Source of the DNA: Coprobacillus sp. CAG:605
GTDB taxonomy: Bacteria; Bacillota_I; Bacilli_A; RF39; UBA660
Direction of reading: 5' to 3'
DNA: 64,000 nt
NCBI GenBank assembly: GCA_000433255.1
Contig: HF998230.1
Coordinates: 9,589-73,588 of the forward strand
The notes beneath the pieces were generated by a model. It was not told the DNA's origin, made no database searches, and saw only the letters and a program-made list of their open reading frames with translations. A program made the translations under genes and the position numbers. This document shows, one piece after another, positions 9,793-19,624 of this stretch (position 1 is the first letter of the stretch; the number at the start of each line of letters is the position of its first letter).

Positions 9793-9879
9793 TTTATTAG
9801 GAAAGTAGAATTATCTACTTTTTTTCTTGGCCCTATGATATAATCTATTTAAGATAAAGAATAGTAGTGAGGTTGTATT

Positions 9880-10713
9880 ATGAAAAAAGGTATGAATTAC
9901 TTTATGTTATTAGGGTTATTATTTTTAATGCCAGTTTGGTTTGATATTGTTAAAGCAAGTAGTTTAGGTGATATTAATAATGACGGCTATATTGATAAGA
10001 GTGATGCTATGATTTTATATCAAGTTATTAATAATGCAAAAACACTGACTAACGAAGAAAAAGTATATGCCGATTTAAATTTAGATGGCAATGTTGATGA
10101 GATTGATTTAAATATTTTAAGAAGCTATTTACTTAATGATATTGACACTCTTCCATATCAAAGTGCCGAAAATATAGTATCTAACGCTTCATATGGCGAT
10201 ATCGATTTAGATGGCAGAGTAAACATTGTCGATACATATCTTATACGTACGTGTCCGGATAATTTGACATCCCAACAAAAAATTAATAGTGATGTTAACT
10301 TAGATGGAAATATTGATTTAAATGACAAATATATCATTGAAAGCTACGCAGCTCAGCTAATAAATACCATTCCTGTAATTGGGATGACGAGTGGCGATAA
10401 TGATAGTGAAGATTCCAGTAATTCATGTAATATTGTTATCTATCGTTCAGTAAAATTAAGTGATACCAGTGTTATAACTCCTGATTCAAGTAATAATGAA
10501 AATACTAATAATGACAATACCACAACATCCAGTCCAAGTGAAACCCAAGAAGATACAACTAGTAATATCAAAGAAGATACTAAAAAAGAAGACGAAATCA
10601 AAAATCCTGATACTGGAGCATTTGCTCCAATAGGTCTTCTTCTAGGAACAATAGTACTAAGCACAGTAATCTTATTTGTAATTAAAAAACACAACATATT
10701 TATGAAAATCTAA
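9880..10713 (+). CDS. cell-surface protein with two tandem dockerin modules and a C-terminal sortase-type sorting signal
   Basis: Signal peptide, then four Ca-binding dockerin loops (DINNDGYIDKSD, DLNLDGNVDEID, DIDLDGRVNIVD, DVNLDGNIDLND). An S/T/N-rich linker leads to NPDTG (10603-10617), a hydrophobic stretch and KKH. Confidence 0.8.
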   Translation: MKKGMNYFMLLGLLFLMPVWFDIVKASSLGDINNDGYIDKSDAMILYQVINNAKTLTNEEKVYADLNLDGNVDEIDLNILRSYLLNDIDTLPYQSAENIVSNASYGDIDLDGRVNIVDTYLIRTCPDNLTSQQKINSDVNLDGNIDLNDKYIIESYAAQLINTIPVIGMTSGDNDSEDSSNSCNIVIYRSVKLSDTSVITPDSSNNENTNNDNTTTSSPSETQEDTTSNIKEDTKKEDEIKNPDTGAFAPIGLLLGTIVLSTVILFVIKKHNIFMKI

Positions 10714-10753
10714 TAGGAACATCTCCTATTTTTTCTTTGCCTAAAAAAAGCCT

Positions 10754-11674
10754 CTACCCAAGAGACTTATCATTAACATAACCATCAATAAAATATAGGG
10801 GATTCCCTTTCTTCAAAGTAAGACTTTTTTCTTTATCATTTAAAACATAACTACGAGCTTCATATCTTTTTACCTTATTTTGACATAACTGTAAGAAAAG
10901 ACCCATTATCGCATACGTTATATCTTCATTAAGAGCTAACTTATAACAATCATGCCTAATCGCATTTCCTAAAAACACATAAACATTCTTATACTTATCT
11001 ATATTCTTACTATCAATATAAGCTAAATACTCATAAGTATCACAATACATTAATCTAATAAAATAATCACTATATCTATTTATTTCAAATACTTCTAAAC
11101 ACTTAATGGCTAAAATCCTACTAAACGACGAATCATTAGTTAATAAACCATATAACACATCTTTAGCATCGTCTTTTAAAGTAACCGCTAGAATATACGC
11201 CAAACCCCTTAAATAATCATTAAGACTCAATGTATTATCATTATAAATATTATAATACTCACTATTTCTAATCGCCTTATCCTTAGCCATATCTTCATTA
11301 CTTGTAAGAAGACTTTCCTTATCCTTCAAAGTCATTCTAAAATATTCTCTAATTAAATAAGTACATAACTTCTTACTAGCCATTATTCTCTTTTTAAACT
11401 CCAAGAAATTTTTTCCTGTAATATAACTTTTAAATTCTTCACCGCTAGCCAAAGTATAAACATAAATTATTCTTTTTAAAGCTTCATCAAACTCAGGCAA
11501 TTTAGAAATGTTTTCATAAAATTCTTCATAATTCTTTTTATTTTTATCTAACTTCTCAAATTCTAATTTTACAACATTATCTAATGCTATATCCAATTCT
11601 TCATTAAATAGCTCACCAATATTATTCATTGTATAAACATCTTGCATAATATTATATAAAATACTATCTAACAT
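10754..11674 (-). CDS. hypothetical protein (306 aa), helical, no domain recognised
   Basis: Long ORF with GGAAGGGGGA RBS complement upstream. Confidence 0.5.
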   Translation of the reverse strand: MLDSILYNIMQDVYTMNNIGELFNEELDIALDNVVKLEFEKLDKNKKNYEEFYENISKLPEFDEALKRIIYVYTLASGEEFKSYITGKNFLEFKKRIMASKKLCTYLIREYFRMTLKDKESLLTSNEDMAKDKAIRNSEYYNIYNDNTLSLNDYLRGLAYILAVTLKDDAKDVLYGLLTNDSSFSRILAIKCLEVFEINRYSDYFIRLMYCDTYEYLAYIDSKNIDKYKNVYVFLGNAIRHDCYKLALNEDITYAIMGLFLQLCQNKVKRYEARSYVLNDKEKSLTLKKGNPLYFIDGYVNDKSLG

Positions 11675-11750
11675 AAATATCCCCCTTCCAGCACTTAGTA
11701 TTATAACAAATAGTAAAATAAATTCAAGAACAAATCATATATTTTACTAG

Positions 11751-12533
11751 GTGATTATTTTGAAAAAATTTTTAAAAGCCGCTTGCTTTTTAATCTTAAC
11801 CGGTTTTAGTTTTTATTTTACGGAGAAAACTGCCGTTTTAGTTCGTAATCAAGACCCAATTATGCAAGCTATAAAAGAGGCTAGTGTGGAACTGAATCAT
11901 GAAGCCGTCAATGCTAGTATTACTAAAGATTATATTATTCCTGGTATTAATGGCAGTCGTATTAATGAAATTAAAAGTTTAATGCAAATGAAAGAAAATA
12001 ATGTTTTTAATTCTTTATTTTTAGTAACCGAATCTGTTAAACCTAAAGTTTCTTTAAATGATAACAAAGATAAGATTATTATTAAGGGTAATCCTAAAAA
12101 AGGAGCAGTATCTTTTATTATAGAATCTAAAGACACTCCTAGTTATACTTATTTAAAAAGCCATAATATCCAAGCATCTCTTCTTACTAAAAGCGATACT
12201 TACGCTAAAGACGAAAACTTAGAACAATTAAATAACGACTTTGAAAACTATAAAAAATTAGAAAATAAGTTAAATAAAGCCAAAACTAACACTAATATCT
12301 GTATCTTAAATAACTATAATAAAGAAATATGTTTAAAATATAATAAATACTTAGTTGAACCTAGTATCACTCTTAATAAATCTAACTTAGTAGATAGTAA
12401 ATCAAAAATTGAAAGTGGTTCTATAATTCTTTTAAGTAAGAGTACCACCACTGAAGAGTTAGAACATATAATAAACTACTTAACTTCTAAAAACTTAAAA
12501 ATTGTAACTTTATCGTCCCTTATTAGCGAGTAG
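11751..12533 (+). CDS. hypothetical N-terminally anchored extracytoplasmic protein
   Basis: N-terminal TM (AACFLILTGFSFYF). The segment GAVSFIIES..LKSHNIQASLL only loosely recalls a NodB/deacetylase-like strand-helix pattern without its catalytic Asp pair. Start could be 11751 (GTG) or 11760 (TTG). Confidence 0.5.
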   Translation: MIILKKFLKAACFLILTGFSFYFTEKTAVLVRNQDPIMQAIKEASVELNHEAVNASITKDYIIPGINGSRINEIKSLMQMKENNVFNSLFLVTESVKPKVSLNDNKDKIIIKGNPKKGAVSFIIESKDTPSYTYLKSHNIQASLLTKSDTYAKDENLEQLNNDFENYKKLENKLNKAKTNTNICILNNYNKEICLKYNKYLVEPSITLNKSNLVDSKSKIESGSIILLSKSTTTEELEHIINYLTSKNLKIVTLSSLISE

Positions 12534-12767
12534 GGTAACTAAAAAAATCATAGGATGCCTAATTTACAAAATGGTTTGATTTATTATTCGCCAAAACCAC
12601 CAGCGAAAATATTTACTAAGTTAGTACATCCTTAATATATCATACGCTTTTCTAATTATAAATAATTTAGCTTTTAATTTTCTAAATGAGAGAATCTCTT
12701 TTTATCCTTAAGTTTTCTCTCTTTTTAATTCCAATAAATTTGTACTCCGTAAAGCCCCAACAAAAAT

Positions 12768-12796
12768 TTGCTTTTACTCAAATATTTTGCTATAAT
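12768..12796 (+). promoter_or_regulatory. sigma-A type promoter upstream of rnj
   Basis: TTGCTT (12768-12773), 17-nt spacer, TGcTATAAT (-10 at 12791-12796). Confidence 0.5.
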
Positions 12797-12841
12797 ACAA
12801 CTAGTTATGCGCCTTAATATATAGAAAGAAGAATTATAATT

Positions 12842-14476
12842 ATGAGTAAAATAAAAATAATGGGTCTAGGTGGCCTTGCCGAAACTGGTAAAAACACCTA
12901 CGTTATTGAAGTAGATGATTCAATTTATATTTTTGATTGTGGCTTAAAATTTGCTACGGAAAACCTTTATGGAATTGATTATATTATTCCTGACTTTGAA
13001 TACTTAGTAAAAAGCAAAAAAAGAATAAAAGGTTTATTCTTAACTCATGGGCATTATGAAAACATGGGCGCAACTGCTGATTTGTTAAGACTTATTCCTA
13101 ATTTAAAAGTATACGCTACTAAATTTACTAAATATATCTTAGAACAAGATGGTGTAAACCCTAATAATATTATTGAAATTAAATCCCATAAAAAAATAAA
13201 CTTTGGTGAATGCAGTGTCTTCCCAATCAATGTCTCTCACTCAGCTCCCGATGCTGTTATGTACGTATTAAATACTAAAGACGGCGCTATTTGTTATACT
13301 GGTGATTTTATTATCGATCCAACCATGAGTGGGGCTTACGATATGGACTTAGGAAAAATTGCCTACGTTGGAAAACAAGGAGTGCTAGCTCTTCTAAGTG
13401 AATCATCATTTAGTGAAAAAGCTGGTCATACCTCACCAAACCACCGTTTAACAGGACTATTTAAAAGTGCTATAACCCATAATAAAGATAGAATGATATT
13501 CCTAGTCTTGCCAACTCATCTATATACAATTCAAGAAATATTTGATGCTGCAAAGAATACTCACCGTAAAATAGTTCTAATGGGTAAACAACTTCAAAAC
13601 ATTGTTGATATGGGCTTAAAAGAAGGCTACCTAACTATCCAAGAAGGACTCCTTGGCGACCTATCTAATATCGAAGATAAAGACTCTATCCTAATAATGG
13701 CTGATAATAAAGAAAATCCTTATGCTTGCATTAGCAAAGTAATAAGTGGTTATGATAAATTTATTCACCTAAAGAGTAGTGATACAATTTGTTTTGCTGA
13801 ACCACGTTATGATGCTACTGAAAAAATGCTTGTTAAAATTGAAAATGACTTAGCTATGAATGGTTGTAACATTGTATCTATTCCTAAAGATAAAACTATT
13901 TTACACCACGCTTCGCAAGAAGACTTAATGTTAATGATTAAACTAATTAATCCTAAGTATTATATGCCAGTTAAAGGTGAATATCGTTATATGGTTAATA
14001 ATGCTAACTTAGCGTCTCGTCTAGGTATCCCTAATGAAAATATTATCCTAAAACAAAATGGTGATATTGTTGAAATCATTGATGGCAAACTTCAAAATAA
14101 ATTTAAAACCATTAAAATTAACGATGTTTTAATTGATGGTAAAAGTAACGACGACGTTGGAGAATTAGTAATCAAAGATAGAGAAATGTTAAGCGAAAAT
14201 GGTATTGTCTTAATATCTGCTACAATAAGTAAACAAACAAGAAAAATCTTAGTTGGACCAGAAGTAACAACTAGAGGATTTATCTATATTAAAGATAGTA
14301 AAGAAATGATTAAAGAAATTAAGAATATCTCTTTAGACGTTATTGAAAGAAATATTACCGATAAATCTATTGAATATAACAAAATAAAGACCGAAATCAG
14401 AGAAGAACTTGGTAAGTATTTATATGCTGAAACTGAGTGTAAACCAATGATTATTGCGGTTGTTCAAGAAGTGTAG
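12842..14476 (+). CDS. rnj: ribonuclease J family protein (metallo-beta-lactamase/beta-CASP) with degenerate metal-binding motifs
   Basis: RNase J architecture and length (544 aa): KIMGLGGLAETGKNTYVIEVDD.., TGDF, SHSAPDA, PKYYMPVKGEYR. The HxHxDH motif reads HGHYEN. Confidence 0.85.
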   Translation: MSKIKIMGLGGLAETGKNTYVIEVDDSIYIFDCGLKFATENLYGIDYIIPDFEYLVKSKKRIKGLFLTHGHYENMGATADLLRLIPNLKVYATKFTKYILEQDGVNPNNIIEIKSHKKINFGECSVFPINVSHSAPDAVMYVLNTKDGAICYTGDFIIDPTMSGAYDMDLGKIAYVGKQGVLALLSESSFSEKAGHTSPNHRLTGLFKSAITHNKDRMIFLVLPTHLYTIQEIFDAAKNTHRKIVLMGKQLQNIVDMGLKEGYLTIQEGLLGDLSNIEDKDSILIMADNKENPYACISKVISGYDKFIHLKSSDTICFAEPRYDATEKMLVKIENDLAMNGCNIVSIPKDKTILHHASQEDLMLMIKLINPKYYMPVKGEYRYMVNNANLASRLGIPNENIILKQNGDIVEIIDGKLQNKFKTIKINDVLIDGKSNDDVGELVIKDREMLSENGIVLISATISKQTRKILVGPEVTTRGFIYIKDSKEMIKEIKNISLDVIERNITDKSIEYNKIKTEIREELGKYLYAETECKPMIIAVVQEV

Positions 14477-14524
14477 GTTGCAATAACTTACCTTTTTTCT
14501 TATAATTTTCTAAGAGGTAATTAT

Positions 14525-15085
14525 ATGGAAGAACTTTTAACTAATATTTTAACCAATTTAGGTATGTATGGACCATTACTAGCAAGTTTTCTAATTATTT
14601 TAGAATCTATTATTCCTATCTTACCTTTATGTGGCTTTGTTACTATGAACTTCTTAAGTTTTGGCATTATCTTAGGGTTTATTATAAGCTATATCTGTAC
14701 AATTATTGGCTGTAACTTAGCGTACTTCTTAGTTCATTTATCTAAAAACTATGTTAATAATAAGATGCTAAAAGCTCCAAATGCCCAAAAACTTATAAAA
14801 AGATTCTCTAAGATAAAATTTACTAATTTAACTTTAATAGTAGCCATTCCATTTACTCCAGCATTTTTAATTAATATCTGTGCTGCAATAAGTAATATAC
14901 CCTATAAAAAGTATTTACTAAGTATCATAGTAGGAAAGATATTTATGGTTTATTTCTGGGGCTTTATTGGTCTAACTTTTGTCGAATGCCTATCTAATCC
15001 CTATGCTTTAATTAAACTATCAATCCTCCTTCTACTAGCATATATATTAAGTATCATTACTAAAAAAATTATGAATATAGATTAA
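14525..15085 (+). CDS. TVP38/TMEM64 (DedA-related) family membrane protein
   Basis: About 186 aa with five hydrophobic segments and the family-typical IIPILPLCGF..G..I...GCNLAYFL pattern. Confidence 0.7.
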   Translation: MEELLTNILTNLGMYGPLLASFLIILESIIPILPLCGFVTMNFLSFGIILGFIISYICTIIGCNLAYFLVHLSKNYVNNKMLKAPNAQKLIKRFSKIKFTNLTLIVAIPFTPAFLINICAAISNIPYKKYLLSIIVGKIFMVYFWGFIGLTFVECLSNPYALIKLSILLLLAYILSIITKKIMNID

Positions 15086-15308
15086 TATATTCTTTTTTTG
15101 ACGTTGTTTTTAATATTTTTAGGGTATGATATAACCGTTTAGATTAATTTAAAATCTAATGTCGAAATATCAGGAGGAATAGGTACAATAAACGACCCAT
15201 ACATAGTAAAAACAAATTAGATTACATAAATTAACGATGTAATTTTTTTAAAGACTTGATAAACAAATAAACGTACGATATAATTAATAAGAACATAGGA
15301 GAAAAAAT

Positions 15309-16391
15309 ATGGAATATATAATAATATTATTACTAAGTATTCTAATAATACTAGTAATATACTTAATAACTAAGATAAATAAAAATAAAGAAAACAACAC
15401 TAATGTAGTAGAAAGACTAGGTAAACTAGAAACAACTCTAACTAAAGATATTGGTGATTTTAAATATGATTTTAGTAAAATAATAACTAACGATTTTAAT
15501 ACACTAAATACTAATATTACAGATAATTTAATTAAAATAAATGATAAAGTAAACGAAAGACTAGATATTAACTTTGATAAAACTAATAAAACATTCTCTA
15601 ACATCTTAGAAAGACTAAGTAAAATAGATGAAGCCCAAAAGAAAATAGATAGTCTTAGTAGTGATATAGTCTCATTACAAAGTGTTCTAACAGATAAAAA
15701 AACAAGAGGTATATTTGGCGAAGTAAATCTAAGCTATATTCTAAGTAATGTCTTTGGTACTAAGAATGATAAAATATATGAACTACAACATAAATTTTCT
15801 AATGGTTATATAGTTGATGCTATACTATATGCTCCAGAACCTCTAGGTACAATAGGTATCGACTCTAAATTTCCTTTAGAAAACTATCAAAAAATGACTG
15901 ATAAAACTATTTCTTTAGAACTAAGAAATATGTACGAAAAAAACTTTAAGTTAGATGTCAAAAAACATATTGACGCTATTAGTAGTAAGTATATTATTCC
16001 TGGTATTACTGCTAATCAAGCTATTATGTTCTTACCCGCAGAAGCCATATTTGCTGAAATTAATGCTTATCATAGTGATTTATTAGAGTATGCCTATAAT
16101 AAAAGAGTATGGATAACCAGTCCTACTACTTTAATGAGTACTTTATCAATCATTAACATGATATTAAAAAATATGGAACGTGATAAATATGCTAAGGTTA
16201 TCCATTTAGAATTAAATAGGTTAAGTGAAGAATTCAGCAAATATCGCTTAAGATGGGATAAACTATCTAGAAGTATTGATACAGTTACTAAAGATGTTAA
16301 AGATATTAACATTACAACTGAAAAAATTACTAAACGTTTTGAGTCAATAAATAGTGTTGATTTAGATAAAATTGTAGATAAGCATGATTAA
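15309..16391 (+). CDS. rmuC: DNA recombination protein RmuC
   Basis: N-terminal TM plus coiled coil, then the RmuC nuclease-like core RGIFGEVNLSYILSNVFG..YELQ..VDAILYAPEP..IGIDSKFPLENY..MFLPAEAIFAEI. Confidence 0.85.
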   Translation: MEYIIILLLSILIILVIYLITKINKNKENNTNVVERLGKLETTLTKDIGDFKYDFSKIITNDFNTLNTNITDNLIKINDKVNERLDINFDKTNKTFSNILERLSKIDEAQKKIDSLSSDIVSLQSVLTDKKTRGIFGEVNLSYILSNVFGTKNDKIYELQHKFSNGYIVDAILYAPEPLGTIGIDSKFPLENYQKMTDKTISLELRNMYEKNFKLDVKKHIDAISSKYIIPGITANQAIMFLPAEAIFAEINAYHSDLLEYAYNKRVWITSPTTLMSTLSIINMILKNMERDKYAKVIHLELNRLSEEFSKYRLRWDKLSRSIDTVTKDVKDINITTEKITKRFESINSVDLDKIVDKHD

Positions 16392-16466
16392 TTTAGAAAT
16401 AGTTAAAAGAATTTATGTTTTTCGCTAATAAAGAGTCGTAAAAGAAAAAATGATTCTTTTTTTCTT

Positions 16467-16500
16467 GAAATCCCGTCTATATGACGGGATTCTTTATTTA
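16467..16500 (+). terminator. rho-independent terminator after rmuC
   Basis: GAAATCCCGTC-TATAT-GACGGGATTC followed by a T-rich run. Confidence 0.75.
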
Positions 16501-16666
16501 TATAATAGAAATTTCATCCGTAAATTAGTTAATTTATTGCACATCAAAATTACAGACGAAGTCTGTGTTTTAAAAATCAATTAGATTAATTTTATCAAAC
16601 TTTATGGCTGAATTTTGCAATGTTTACTAAAATTGAAATTAATTTAATGAGGAATTAATCAATTGC

Positions 16667-16695
16667 TTGACAAATAAACTGAAAAATGCTATGAT
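16667..16695 (+). promoter_or_regulatory. promoter of the abiE cassette with overlapping inverted repeat
   Basis: TTGACA (16667-16672), 17 nt, TGcTATGAT (-10 at 16690-16695). The 7-bp arms ACTGAAA/TTTCAGT bracket the -10. Confidence 0.6.
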
Positions 16696-16731
16696 TTCAG
16701 TGCAATTGTCAAAGAAAGAAAAGGGATTAAT

Positions 16732-17661
16732 ATGAAAAAAGAGGAGAAAATAAATTATAAAATTGATAGTGATGTTCTTAAAAATTACGTAGAAGCTATT
16801 AATTCAATAAAAGAACCTATGAGTCAAATTAAGGATCAGCTTAATCAAATAACAATGCCAATGAAAGAACTAAGCAAATCACTTAATGAATCTATGATGC
16901 CGATCATTGAAGCTAGTAAAGCTGCTTCTAAGTCACTTGAACCAATTAGAAAAATTGGTAAACAACTTAACGAATCACTTAAACCAATTCAAGAAGAATT
17001 AAAAAGCATTAATACTATGTCTAATGTAATTAAGGAACTATCGATTAAATATCCAAACGAACAAGCAAAAATACTTACAGATACTATAAAGCAAATTATG
17101 AATACTAATAATGGAATGCTTTCTACAAGAATGATAGAACCGCTAAATATAAGTAGACAATATCTATCAATTATGCAAAACAATAATGACATTGAAAAAG
17201 TTTCAAGAGGTATTTATCTTTCACCAAGTGCTTTTGAAGACAGTTATTTTTCCTTTCAACAAAAATATAAAAAAGCTATTTTTTCACATATGAATGCTCT
17301 ATATTTTTATGGTATGACAGAGGAATTTCCATATAATTATACAGTCACTGTACCTCAAAGGTATCATGTAGATACTGTAAATGAAAAATGTAATGTGTTT
17401 TATGTTTCGGATGATATATATGAACTTGGAGTCGTAGAAATAGAAACTCCAAATGGAAATAAAGTAAGAGCTTACGATAAAGAAAGATGTATTTGCGATA
17501 TCATAAGGTCAAAAGGGAGAATGGATTCAGAGCAAGTTAAAAAGACAATTAAACAATATATGCAAAGCCGAGATAAAGATATAGCAAAGCTATCTGAATA
17601 TTCAAAAAAAATGGGAATAAACAAAAAAGTAATGGAAATGGTAGGTGGATATTATGAGTAA
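16732..17661 (+). CDS. abiEi: AbiEi-family (type IV TA) antitoxin/transcriptional regulator with ~125-aa N-terminal extension
   Basis: C-terminal two thirds match the AbiEi pattern (LSTRMIEPLNISRQYLSIMQNNNDIEKVSRGIYLS..FSFQQKYKKAIFSHMNALYFYGMT). It overlaps the toxin gene by 8 nt. Confidence 0.8.
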   Translation: MKKEEKINYKIDSDVLKNYVEAINSIKEPMSQIKDQLNQITMPMKELSKSLNESMMPIIEASKAASKSLEPIRKIGKQLNESLKPIQEELKSINTMSNVIKELSIKYPNEQAKILTDTIKQIMNTNNGMLSTRMIEPLNISRQYLSIMQNNNDIEKVSRGIYLSPSAFEDSYFSFQQKYKKAIFSHMNALYFYGMTEEFPYNYTVTVPQRYHVDTVNEKCNVFYVSDDIYELGVVEIETPNGNKVRAYDKERCICDIIRSKGRMDSEQVKKTIKQYMQSRDKDIAKLSEYSKKMGINKKVMEMVGGYYE

Positions 17662-18496
17662 TACAGCACAAGCAGTTAAAGATAAACTAAAGAATATTTC
17701 AAGAGAAAAAAATGTAGATTTTAACTCTGTAATGAGATTCTATATGTATGATAGATTTGTTGAACGTTTATCAAAAAGTAAATATAAAGATAATTTCATA
17801 TTAAAAGGTGGATTCTATTTGAGCAAATTATTTGGAATAGATAATAGAAGTACTATGGATATAGATACTGCAATAAGAAAAGCAGAATTTACTGAAGAAA
17901 ATCTTATCAAAATGATAAATGAAATTATTAGTATTGATGTAGGTGATAATGTTAAATTTAAAATTGAAAAAACTGAATCAATCCGTGATGAAGATGAATA
18001 TGGTGGATTAAGAATTACAATTAATTTTATGTTAGAAAACATTAAGGATAAATTTCATATTGATTTAGCAACTGGAGATCCAATATATCCAAGACCAGAT
18101 AATTATAGATATGAATCTTTAATAGGAGATGAAATTTATAAGGTTTGGTCATATAATCTTGAAACGGTTCTTGCTGAAAAAATAGAAACAATTCTTAGTA
18201 AACTTGAAACAAGTAGTAGAATGAAAGACTATTATGATATTTATTTAATATATAAGCTTAAATTTGATAAAATAGATAAAGAAAAATTTAGAGGAGCTGT
18301 TGAAAAGACTTTTAATACAAGAAAATTTGATGCTGATCTAATAGCAAAGTTGAATATTGTTAAAGAAAGTAAAGTTTTAAAAGATAAATGGATTAGCTAT
18401 TCAAGAAAAAATAGTTATGCTAGAGATGTTGAGTTTGAAGATACACTAAAATGCCTAGAACAATTTATTGATATTATAGTACAAATTGCAGTATAA
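17654..18496 (+). CDS. abiEii: AbiEii/AbiGii-family nucleotidyltransferase toxin (DUF1814)
   Basis: MSNTAQAVKDKLKNISREKNVDFNSVMRFYMYDRFVERLS..FILKGGFYL..STMDIDTA is a typical AbiEii N-terminus. The ATG at 17654 overlaps the abiEi stop. Confidence 0.85.
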   Translation: MSNTAQAVKDKLKNISREKNVDFNSVMRFYMYDRFVERLSKSKYKDNFILKGGFYLSKLFGIDNRSTMDIDTAIRKAEFTEENLIKMINEIISIDVGDNVKFKIEKTESIRDEDEYGGLRITINFMLENIKDKFHIDLATGDPIYPRPDNYRYESLIGDEIYKVWSYNLETVLAEKIETILSKLETSSRMKDYYDIYLIYKLKFDKIDKEKFRGAVEKTFNTRKFDADLIAKLNIVKESKVLKDKWISYSRKNSYARDVEFEDTLKCLEQFIDIIVQIAV

Positions 18497-19145
18497 AAAT
18501 AATATTCTAGGTGCCATTTAGGTACCAACAGACTAATAAATACCATTTTATTACGATAATTATAAAAATATAACAGTCCTAAAAGGCCGCTTTTAAGAGA
18601 AATTAATACATACAGGTATTCAAATGGCGAGCACCCTGAAGGAACCAAAAGGCTTAACCTTTTTATGTTAAAGGACTTTAAAACTATTAAGCAATTTAAG
18701 GTACACTTTTATGTATACAATTTAAAAAAAACAGGTGGTAATAATATATCCTGAGTTTGCAAAAGCTCTAATTATCAATGCAATTAAGCTGCATATAATC
18801 ATGCATGTACACTTTTACACGTATGGATTTTCGTATATCAAAGTCCAATACTAACTGGTTTTCACTTTATAAAAATAGCTTAATAATCTTCTAAGTCATC
18901 TACAACAAAAACAGCATAGTTGATATCGGTACTAAGAATATGTAAACATGTATTTAGTATTTCCGTAATCTTAGTATGTTCTAAATATTTTGCTACTAAT
19001 GTAAAGAGTAATTTAAAATGACACGCTAACACCATTATCAATAATAACTTCTTCACAATTAAAACCATAAATTTCCAGTATTAAGTAGCATAAATCCCCT
19101 TAATTTCATAAATTATTAGTGAGAATATATGAAAGGGTGAAATAT

Positions 19146-19577
19146 ATGTGTAATAAAAATACTAACTCTAATTGTGTCGCTGAAATATTAAAAGTAATCT
19201 TAGTATTACAACAAAATGCATGTCCTGAATCATGCTTAGAAACTTGCGATCGTCCACTTTTAGGTGGCGGTCCAAACTGCCTTATTTGCAACACAAGACC
19301 AGTAATGCTTTATACTTGTAGTGGTAATGGTACACCATGGTCCATGCCTACCAGCAAAGACGTAACAGCTACATGTACTGATACTTCCGAAAACTGTTCT
19401 AAAATATTTAGAGTAGAAAAATTAGAAGGAAATTGTGCTACATTTAGAGTATTAGCAGATAATCCAGATCAAACTAGTCTAAATCCATACGTTGCAACAA
19501 ATTCTTTCTTCACAATGGACTGTGATTGCTGCTGCGTCATTCGTTGTCTTTCTGATACTTACGTTGAATGTGTTTAA
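19146..19577 (+). CDS. CotY/CotZ-family cysteine-rich spore coat/exosporium protein
   Basis: NCVAEILKVILVLQQNACPESC..RPVMLYT..FRVEKLEGNCATFRVL..DCDCCCVIRCL resembles B. subtilis CotZ/CotY. GAAAGGGTGA RBS precedes the ATG at 19146. Confidence 0.75.
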   Translation: MCNKNTNSNCVAEILKVILVLQQNACPESCLETCDRPLLGGGPNCLICNTRPVMLYTCSGNGTPWSMPTSKDVTATCTDTSENCSKIFRVEKLEGNCATFRVLADNPDQTSLNPYVATNSFFTMDCDCCCVIRCLSDTYVECV

Positions 19578-19584
19578 AATACTA

Positions 19585-19612
19585 AAAAAGGAATGTCAAA
19601 GCATTCCTTTTT
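19585..19612. terminator. bidirectional rho-independent terminator between convergent genes
   Basis: AAAAAGGAATG-TCAAAG-CATTCCTTTTT, flanked by an A-run and a T-run. Confidence 0.8.
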
Positions 19613-19624
19613 AACTGCTAACTT

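Noticed and set aside
15140-15222. A possible tiny gene or fragment reading ..VEISGGIGTINDPYIVKTN* upstream of rmuC.
   Set aside because: It has no start codon or RBS and only about 25 codons are open. It is probably a scrap of a surface-protein gene and cannot be supported as a feature.
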